Position numbers and translations under genes: made by a program
NCBI GenBank assembly: GCA_003553445.1
Contig: PWEK01000080.1
Coordinates: 7,490 to 71,489, forward strand
DNA length: 64,000 nucleotides
Direction of reading: 5' to 3'
Origin: Elusimicrobiota bacterium
Lineage (GTDB): Bacteria; CG03; SLGR01
In this document: positions 51,219 to 58,216 of the stretch, piece by piece
Position numbering within the stretch: the first letter of the stretch is position 1
Layout of the letters: every line of letters starts with the position of its first letter
The notes under the pieces: generated by a model
Told to the model about the DNA's origin: nothing
Databases searched by the model: none
Seen by the model: only the letters and a program-made list of their open reading frames with translations

Positions 51219-51260
51219 AAAAAACGGCAGGAAACCTTTTACGTAAAAAGCTTCCTGCCG
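51217..51260 (-). terminator. Intrinsic terminator between convergent metF and the acidic lipoprotein gene
   Basis: Near-perfect 18+18-nt palindrome CGGCAGGAAACCTTTTAC / GTAAAAAGCTTCCTGCCG (2 mismatches). On the minus strand it is followed by T8. It could also stall plus-strand transcription. Confidence 0.7.
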
Positions 51261-51281
51261 TATATGCAAACTACTGTGTTT

Positions 51282-51698
51282 TTATTCTATTTCTTCTATT
51301 TTTTCCATTACCCTCTGCTGCACCTGGGGGTCTTCCAGGAAACCGGGATTTTGGCTTTCGAACGCTGTAACATCCTGAATTGAAATATTCATGTCATCGA
51401 GTATGTCATCGGACTCTTCCTGAAACAGATTCTGAATTCTTTCAACCTCTGCTGTGTCTCCTTCTTCAAGCGCGGCGCTGAATTCATCCTGATATTTTGT
51501 CTGTACCTGCTGCATGCGCGCAACTATTTCAATGTACTCATCTTCCGTAAGGTCCGTTTCCATTTCCGCTCCCTCCATAGGGGCCATTTCGCCTTCCGGA
51601 GCTTCGTAGGGGGCTTCTTCAACCTCACCGCATCCGGATAACAAAATCAAGGCCAGAGCTGAAATTACAAATGCTAAATTTCTTTTTTTAATAATAAT
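51282..51698 (-). CDS. Highly acidic lipoprotein of unknown function, probable ATT start
   Basis: The ORF-track TTG start would cut off the signal peptide. The in-frame upstream sequence encodes (I)IIKKRNLAFVISALALILLSGC with lipobox LSGC, and AAGGAG lies 3 nt before three ATT codons. No ATG, GTG or TTG is available there. Confidence 0.55.
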   Translation of the reverse strand: MIIKKRNLAFVISALALILLSGCGEVEEAPYEAPEGEMAPMEGAEMETDLTEDEYIEIVARMQQVQTKYQDEFSAALEEGDTAEVERIQNLFQEESDDILDDMNISIQDVTAFESQNPGFLEDPQVQQRVMEKIEEIE

Positions 51699-51766
51699 TT
51701 TCTCCTTTATTCCACTTCCTTAATCATTGTGATAATACAATTTACAACATGACTTTGTCAAGGAAG

Positions 51767-52243
51767 TTATTCAATCATCAAGTCTCCGGGAATTCCCTCT
51801 TCCTCAGGTGTCTCAATATCCAATGCCTCAATTATTTCGTCAGTTATATCCATCCCGCCGTAAAAGATAACATTACTGTCGAAGACATAGTCATATCCTT
51901 TTTCTTCTGCGATTTTGGTTACATCTTCTCTTAATGCGTCAAGAGCCTCAGTCTGGAGACGGGCGCCCACTTCCTGCAGCTGCTGCTGAAGCATCTGCTG
52001 CGCCATCATCTGTTCATCTTCCTCCATACCTTCAAGCTGCTGCTGCATCTGCTGCACTTCAGCCTGGTACTCCTGCTGCGCGTCTCTGAATGCAGGATGA
52101 ACCTCCAGGATTCGATCGCTTTCAATAACTCCGACATTTAAGTCCGAACTTACTGAAGGCGAAAAGATTCCGGCTGCAACTATTACAGATAACGACAGGA
52201 TGAAAACCTGAATGGTTCTGCATCTTTTTCTTTCTGTTTTCAT
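51767..52243 (-). CDS. skp: OmpH/Skp-family periplasmic chaperone
   Basis: Signal peptide, a Q/E-rich coiled-coil arm (AEVQQMQQQLE..QQMLQQQLQEVGARLQ) and C-terminal KGYDYVFD. ATG at 52243 with AAGGAG 6 nt upstream. Confidence 0.7.
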   Translation of the reverse strand: MKTERKRCRTIQVFILSLSVIVAAGIFSPSVSSDLNVGVIESDRILEVHPAFRDAQQEYQAEVQQMQQQLEGMEEDEQMMAQQMLQQQLQEVGARLQTEALDALREDVTKIAEEKGYDYVFDSNVIFYGGMDITDEIIEALDIETPEEEGIPGDLMIE

Positions 52244-52314
52244 ATAATTCTCCTTTTTTACCAAGCCGGGGGAAATCTCCCGGCAAATCAAACAAATCAA
52301 TTAACCCTAATTTA

Positions 52315-52343
52315 AACATACGAATCATATGGGGTATTGTCAA
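52315..52343 (-). promoter_or_regulatory. Sigma70-type promoter candidate for skp
   Basis: On the minus strand: TTGACA, a 17-nt spacer, then TATGTT, about 70 nt upstream of the skp ATG. Confidence 0.35.
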
Positions 52344-52544
52344 ATCAAACCATGTATTTATCCGGCTGGTTAATTTGAAAGAAAAATATTTTTAAGGGTG
52401 TTGACTTTTAATAAGTTATTTTTAACCAGCAACACCCACCCCTTAAACCTTAAGTGGTTTATAGTGATAGATTCATATATAAAAAATAAGAGAGCATATT
52501 GCGACATAGTTAAAGTTCATTGTGAAGCGGTGTTTTTGCTCAAA

Positions 52545-52572
52545 AGTTAACATAAGAACCATTATCGGACGC
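52545..52572 (-). other. Candidate dif site (XerC/XerD chromosome-dimer resolution site)
   Basis: The minus strand reads GCGTCCGATAA-TGGTTC-TTATGTTAACT. The XerD arm matches E. coli TTATGTTAAAT and B. subtilis TTATGTAAACT at 10/11 positions each. ATAA/TTAT inner dyad with a 6-nt spacer. It lies in the large non-coding gap next to the + to - strand switch. Confidence 0.6.
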
Positions 52573-52900
52573 CTCTGAGGGTAAATTTTTTATAATAAGT
52601 TACAGCCCTGTACTTTTTGTCATTCATAAAATTTTTAATTTGTATTATAAGTTTAAGTTATTGAGTATGTTTATATAAGGTTAGAAAATATTTGTGTAAT
52701 CAGGATGTAAATTCAATTAGGCTTATCACATTTTTCATTAAGGAAATAATGTTAAGTACAAACAATAGTAAAAAAAAGATATAAAGAATAAATGCGATAA
52801 TTTTTCCATTTTTAAGATAATTTTTTACGGAGTAATTGCCTGAATAAGCCAAAAATATAAACAGCAGGAGTGATGCTATCCAAAGATAAAAAATAAGCCC

Positions 52901-54115
52901 TTAAAACCTCGCTCTAAGGTAAGTATTGATAAACGTGGTGTTTTCATCCGAGGTGTAATAATCATATTCTTCTTCCGGAGAAAAAATTGTATAATTTAGC
53001 TCAAATTCAAGAAAGCTGTAATTATAAACACAGCCAAAAGTAATTGAGCCGCCAATTGGAACATCCGGTGTATGCCTTTTAAATGTTGAACGGACCATAT
53101 GAACAGTTAAATCATCCAGGATATCAGCGTAAAGGCCGGTACGAAGCATTGAAAGATTAGCAATTGAGTTAGAAAGAGTTAAACTCTCATCAACCGCACC
53201 GTCAATGCGCATATGTTCTCTGTGACCACCGTAAAATTCACATATGAAGCTTGAATCAACCCCGGCAAGAAGAGGTGAAAACCCCATCTCGTCATCATCT
53301 AAATTGCCGGAAGCAACAGCGTAATTTATCCAGGCTCCCCCACTTCCCAGAGGATCTATTTCACCCTGGAAGTGGCCATTGGCGCCAAATGCATCTGCTG
53401 TAAAAGACTCATCGCCCTTCTCACCATCCATTAAGAAACCGAAAAGAGAAAATTCAAGACCCCTCGAAAGCTCACGAGAAAAACTGCCGCCGTAAACGTT
53501 GCGACGGACAGAATCCGTAGAAAAATAATCTTCATGAAGGAAATTGAGCTCTAAATTATAAATACCGAAATCTCTGAAAGCTCTGAATCCATATCCCTCT
53601 ATATCGGAAATATTTCTGGTGGAATCTCTAGAAAAAGAGTAGAAAGCATCAGCGCTGATATCAAAATAGATATCCCTGGCTTCAATCAAGGCCGCCGGCA
53701 ACCCGGTTTCTCTATCATTTATCAGCACCCCGTCAGCCCACTTAAAAGGCATTATGCCTAAAGAAATGGATACGGGAAGATCATAATAGTTATGGATTCT
53801 GACGTATGCATGTTCAAAAAACGGAGAAAGGTTGTCAAGTTTTTGTCCTTCGTAAAAAACAACTGTATTAGTGGAATTTACAGTACCAGCAGATCTTATC
53901 TTTGCTCCTATTTCAATGTCATCGCGGAGATATCCGGTCAGGTAAAACTTAATATTTTGACGCAGCTCTGATTTAACAGTCTCACCCCCTCTTTCGGCAA
54001 ACCTGTATTCAAAATTGATATCTTCTCCGATATCGAGTTGAACGGCAAAACAGAAAGATATAGTGAAAGAAAAAATCGCAAATTGAAATATAATAAGTTT
54101 AATCAGAAATTTCAT
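52901..54115 (-). CDS. Outer-membrane beta-barrel protein, family unknown
   Basis: Signal peptide from the ATG at 54115 (MKFLIKLIIFQFAIFSFTISFCFA), alternating amphipathic strands, and a C-terminal ..YLRARF with terminal Phe. Confidence 0.6.
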   Translation of the reverse strand: MKFLIKLIIFQFAIFSFTISFCFAVQLDIGEDINFEYRFAERGGETVKSELRQNIKFYLTGYLRDDIEIGAKIRSAGTVNSTNTVVFYEGQKLDNLSPFFEHAYVRIHNYYDLPVSISLGIMPFKWADGVLINDRETGLPAALIEARDIYFDISADAFYSFSRDSTRNISDIEGYGFRAFRDFGIYNLELNFLHEDYFSTDSVRRNVYGGSFSRELSRGLEFSLFGFLMDGEKGDESFTADAFGANGHFQGEIDPLGSGGAWINYAVASGNLDDDEMGFSPLLAGVDSSFICEFYGGHREHMRIDGAVDESLTLSNSIANLSMLRTGLYADILDDLTVHMVRSTFKRHTPDVPIGGSITFGCVYNYSFLEFELNYTIFSPEEEYDYYTSDENTTFINTYLRARF

Positions 54116-54293
54116 AGTTTCAATATATAAAAAATTCGGCTCTTTTTCAACTTCCCTGAGTAAATAAAAAAGTAAAAATATTAAAATTTGACACATATTT
54201 TATTTTTTACTTAAATATAAATAGTAGATCTTAAATTCGCTTATATGTAAAATCATGGTAGCCGGAAAAGGAAGTAATGGTAAGGAGAAAGAA

Positions 54294-55001
54294 ATGAAAA
54301 AATTTTTAGGTTTGAGTTTAGTGTTCTTTTTTGCCTTGACGCATATTGCGCAGGCGGGAAGCAGATCAGGTCTTGGATTTGAATACAGCGGAGGCTTTAT
54401 CATGCCGCTGAATGATTACGAAATGCGTTCAATTCAGTCATTTGCTGTAACGGTTGATGTAACCCCTGACTTGCAGGTGGGTATTTTCAGGGATGAGACC
54501 ACAATAAGAGGAGAAAACTCTTATACCGGAGAGGACGTTACAGCAGACGACATAGATCTCACTTTAATAAACACGGGGGATTTATCCTTTTCGGGGTTGA
54601 GGTTCAAGCATACCCTTCCCTTTGAGGCGGTAAGCATGAGGGCCGGAATAGAACTTGGTTCGGCGCGCTTTTCAAACAGCGACCATACTCTAAGGGAAAC
54701 CGGCAGTGACAGCCCTCCAGCAACTGACACTCAAGGATGGGGAGAAGAGATTGAAGAAATTGACGGATCCTTTCCTTCACTTGGTTTAATTGCCGATGTG
54801 ATGCTGGTTGTCCAGGAAACCGAGACCCTGGTTGTATCATTCTTCGCCTCGGCGGCGTATCGAAATATAAGCCTGCCCGACATATATTCTTTAGGCGAAA
54901 CAAAAGATTCCTTTGAGGATCCCGCCGACCATAAAAGAATTGACCCGCTGACTAATTTCAACAACCTCAGCATGAGCGCAGGGATTAATATTGGATTCTA
55001 A
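54294..55001 (+). CDS. Small outer-membrane beta-barrel protein, family unknown
   Basis: AAGGAG upstream of the ATG at 54294, signal peptide ..THIAQA, and C-terminal GINIGF. Confidence 0.55.
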   Translation: MKKFLGLSLVFFFALTHIAQAGSRSGLGFEYSGGFIMPLNDYEMRSIQSFAVTVDVTPDLQVGIFRDETTIRGENSYTGEDVTADDIDLTLINTGDLSFSGLRFKHTLPFEAVSMRAGIELGSARFSNSDHTLRETGSDSPPATDTQGWGEEIEEIDGSFPSLGLIADVMLVVQETETLVVSFFASAAYRNISLPDIYSLGETKDSFEDPADHKRIDPLTNFNNLSMSAGINIGF

Positions 55002-55038
55002 ATTAGCCGGAAAAGATAAATACTTAAAGGAGTAAAAA

Positions 55039-55560
55039 ATGAAAAAATTATTATTGTTTGTATTTGGAATTTTAATAGCTTCGGGCATACATGCTTCAGC
55101 TGACAGCATAGGCTTCTCATACGGTGTGAATTTCCTGACACCCTCGGACAGCGGATTCTCTACCTCTCACGGAAGAACAACCTCTCTTGAATGGATGCTT
55201 GATGAAGGTCTGAGACTTGGAGTTATAAATGAGCAGACCAATCTGGATTATGACGGTGAAATAGGCAACTTGACGCATAACGGGTTAAGGGTTCACCATG
55301 AGGTAATCAACAGAGTGAATGTAGGAATAGGTTTGGGTTCGGCTACTGCAAATATTGCCGGAAGCCAGGTTACGACTTCACTTGTTGATATAATAGGAGA
55401 AGTGGTTATTTACAGTGAAGAGGGAGAGAAAATCTCGGGTTCGCTTGTGGCATCGCTTTCAGCCAGGTTTATGAACACAGACGGACTTACGGTAAACGGT
55501 GATGATATACCTAATCTGGACGGGGCAAATACGGCCCTGGCAGTGAAAGTGATATTTTAA
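55039..55560 (+). CDS. Small (about 8-strand) outer-membrane beta-barrel protein, family unknown
   Basis: AAGGAG upstream, signal peptide ..GIHASA, and C-terminal ALAVKVIF. Confidence 0.55.
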   Translation: MKKLLLFVFGILIASGIHASADSIGFSYGVNFLTPSDSGFSTSHGRTTSLEWMLDEGLRLGVINEQTNLDYDGEIGNLTHNGLRVHHEVINRVNVGIGLGSATANIAGSQVTTSLVDIIGEVVIYSEEGEKISGSLVASLSARFMNTDGLTVNGDDIPNLDGANTALAVKVIF

Positions 55561-55588
55561 GGCTTTTTAAAGTCTTCTTTTAAACCTT

Positions 55589-55632
55589 AAGCCCGCTTCA
55601 TTAGAGATTTAGTGAAGCGGGCTTTTCTTTTT
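55589..55632 (+). terminator. Intrinsic terminator after the beta-barrel gene pair (shared gap with convergent prfB)
   Basis: 12-bp stem AAGCCCGCTTCA / TGAAGCGGGCTT with a 12-nt loop, followed by TTCTTTTT. Confidence 0.8.
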
Positions 55633-55647
55633 GCAGCTTGAAATCAA

Positions 55648-56743
55648 CTACACGTGTTTTTCAAGGTATGCTTCAATAAAAGGGTGTATTTCACCGCTCA
55701 TAACCGCGTCCACATTGGAAACCTTCACTCCTGTTCTATGATCCCTTACCATTTGGTAAGGCATGAAAACATATGAGCGAATCTGATTACCCCACCCTAT
55801 TTCCCCTTTTTCGTCATACCGGCGCTGTGTGGCCTCTCTCTGTTTGTCCCGCTCATATTCATATAGCCTCGCCCGGAGTATTTGCATTGCTGTTTTTTTA
55901 TTTGTGTGCTGAGAGGGAGACTCCTGGCATTGAACCACTATCCCTGTGGGATTATGGGTGATTCTCACAGCCGAATCTGTTTTATTTACGTGCTGACCCC
56001 CGTGCCCGGAAGCCCTGTAGGTGTCTATCCTGAGGTCATTTTCATTTATTTCAACCTCTATTTCCTTTTCTATTTTTGGTATCACATCACAGGCCGCAAA
56101 TGAGGTATGCCTCCTGCTTGAGGAATCAAATGGGGAAACTCTGACAAGTCGGTGCACTCCCGACTCCCCTTTTAGATAGCCATAGGCGTATTCTCCGGAT
56201 ATGATGAATGTAATCCTTTTTATTCCCGCTTCATCACCCGGGACAAGTTCGACAACCTCGGTTTTATAATCATTATTTGAGGCCCACATTCTATACATCC
56301 TGGTGAGCATGTCCACCCAGTCGCAGGCCTCGGTTCCGCCGGCTCCGGCGGTCAGTGTTATAATAGCGCTGTTTATGTCATGCTCGCCGGAAAGCTTAAG
56401 ATGGAAGGATATCTTTTCTATACGTCTGCTTAAATCCTTTATTAATTTTTTTATCTCTTTTTCAAGCTCAGGCGCATCCTCTTCTTCTGCAAGCTCAATA
56501 AGGGTTTCTATTTCACTTTCTTTTTCTTTAAGTTCACGGTGGTTTTTTATGTCAGATTCCACCCGGGATAACTTTTCCATGGTCTTCCGCGCTTTTTCAT
56601 TATTATCCCAGAAACCACTCTGAAGTGACTCTTTTTTTAATTTCTCGGCTTTTTTCCTTTTTTCGGAAATCTCAAAGAAACCCCCTTATGTCTTTAATTT
56701 TATCTCGTAATATCTTATGCTTTTCCTTGTATTCTTCAAACAT
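55648..56743 (-). CDS. prfB: Peptide chain release factor 2, with a programmed +1 frameshift
   Basis: SPF and GGQ motifs in the long frame. A 23-codon frame-0 leader (MFEEYKEKHKILRDKIKDIRGFL) ends at CTT TGA (56677-56672), preceded by AGGGGG with E. coli-like spacing. The +1 frame continues as EISEKRKKAEKL... Confidence 0.9.
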
Positions 56744-58208
56744 TTTTTCTCCTTCTTATTTCGCTTTTCGCCATTATTATAAATACCATAATTATACATA
56801 AATAAACAAAAACATCACCATATAAAGAATAAAAGGTGTCGGTTTTAGATCTGAAAACCTTGCCGGTTAAAACCTCTTCTTCCATTAAAGCTGTTTTTTG
56901 AATTATTCTTCCGTCTGGGGCTATTATACCTGAAATGCCGGTGTTTGCGGCGCGCACCACATATGTTCTGTTTTCTACTGCCCTGAAGACGGAATGAATG
57001 AAATGCTGTTTTGGTCCCGCGGAATCCAGAAACCAGCCGTCATTGGTAATATTCACATATAGCTCAGCGCCTTCATTGAAAAAATTTCTTCCAATATAGG
57101 GGAAGATGCTTTCAAAACATATGGCGGTTGCAACTTTAAATTCCCCGGTTTTCAGCGGATTAAATTCCGTCCCGCGGTTGAAATCTCCAAATTCCCCCAC
57201 AACACTTATGAACAGGGAGAAAAAAGACCTTAAAGGTATGAATTCACCAAACGGCGTTAAATGTACTTTTCTGTAGGGGGCGGATATAGCCCCTTCTGAA
57301 ACAACATAGGCGCTGTTGTATGTTTTTCCTGCCTGTTTTTCTACGCTCCCTACGATTTCCCATGCTCCGGATTTTTCAGACAGGCGATAAATGTAATCCT
57401 TTAGTGTAGGTTCTATATTCAGTGTGCCCGGCAGCGAGGTCTCCGGCCATACAATTATGTCGGGACCTTTGGCAATCGCTTCTTTGTGCAGTTTTTCATA
57501 TGTATCCAGAATCATTTCCTCATAGGCAGCGTCCCATTTTTCATACTGCGAAATATTTCCCTGAAGAATACTTACAGTATAGGGCTCCTCTCCTGTTGCT
57601 GTATCGCTTGAAAAATAGGGGAAAATGATAATAACGATAAATGCCGCTGCCGCCGGAACAACCGTATTTACTTTTTTGCGTATTACCGATAGAGCCAGAG
57701 AAGTATTTATTAAGACAACAAAAAAACTAAGGCCGTATACTCCGGTTATCTCGGTAATCTGTATTAACCCCGGGGTTCTCCAGAGAGAATAGCCTGCGTT
57801 AAGCCAGGGAAATCCGGTAAGAAGGTGAGCTTTTACATATTCTAGAATTACCCATGAGGCGGGGATTAAAAATAAAAGAAAGCGGATTTTAGAGTGCAGG
57901 AGATAGTTTGCGAACAGGGCAAAAAGAGCCCAGTATATCCCTAAATAAAGAGAGAGGAAAAAGACACCGGCTGTAGATCCGATGGCCCCCGCTCCGCTTA
58001 GATAGAGGGGGTAATAAATCCAGTACAGCATGATGATGTTGCATAAGGTTCCCGCCGCCCACGAATAGAAAAAAACTGATTTTCTGTTTTTTAATCCGTT
58101 TTTTGATACGAAAATAAATAAAGGAATGAGAAAAACGAATATAAGTGGAAACAGATTGAATTTCGGAAAGACCAGGGCATATAATATTCCGGACAGTAAA
58201 ACTAGCAA
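56736..58208 (-). CDS. lnt: Apolipoprotein N-acyltransferase
   Basis: Multi-TM N-terminus, then a CN-hydrolase domain with VWPET (Glu), YRKVHLTPFGE (Lys) and AICFE (Cys). Probable TTG start. Its stop overlaps the prfB start (ATGTTTGA). Confidence 0.85.
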   Translation of the reverse strand: MLVLLSGILYALVFPKFNLFPLIFVFLIPLFIFVSKNGLKNRKSVFFYSWAAGTLCNIIMLYWIYYPLYLSGAGAIGSTAGVFFLSLYLGIYWALFALFANYLLHSKIRFLLFLIPASWVILEYVKAHLLTGFPWLNAGYSLWRTPGLIQITEITGVYGLSFFVVLINTSLALSVIRKKVNTVVPAAAAFIVIIIFPYFSSDTATGEEPYTVSILQGNISQYEKWDAAYEEMILDTYEKLHKEAIAKGPDIIVWPETSLPGTLNIEPTLKDYIYRLSEKSGAWEIVGSVEKQAGKTYNSAYVVSEGAISAPYRKVHLTPFGEFIPLRSFFSLFISVVGEFGDFNRGTEFNPLKTGEFKVATAICFESIFPYIGRNFFNEGAELYVNITNDGWFLDSAGPKQHFIHSVFRAVENRTYVVRAANTGISGIIAPDGRIIQKTALMEEEVLTGKVFRSKTDTFYSLYGDVFVYLCIIMVFIIMAKSEIRRRKNV

Positions 58209-58216
58209 TTTTTCTT

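Noticed and set aside
52244-52900. Possibility that the 657-nt gap hides a structured housekeeping RNA (tmRNA, RNase P RNA, SRP RNA, 6S) or a tRNA.
   Set aside because: I looked on both strands for hallmark strings: a GGGG..CCACCA tmRNA frame, the RNase P GAGGAAAGTCC core, the SRP GGAAGCAGCC-type helix 8, and a GGTTCGAATCC-type T-arm. I found none. This cannot be fully excluded without a covariance-model scan.
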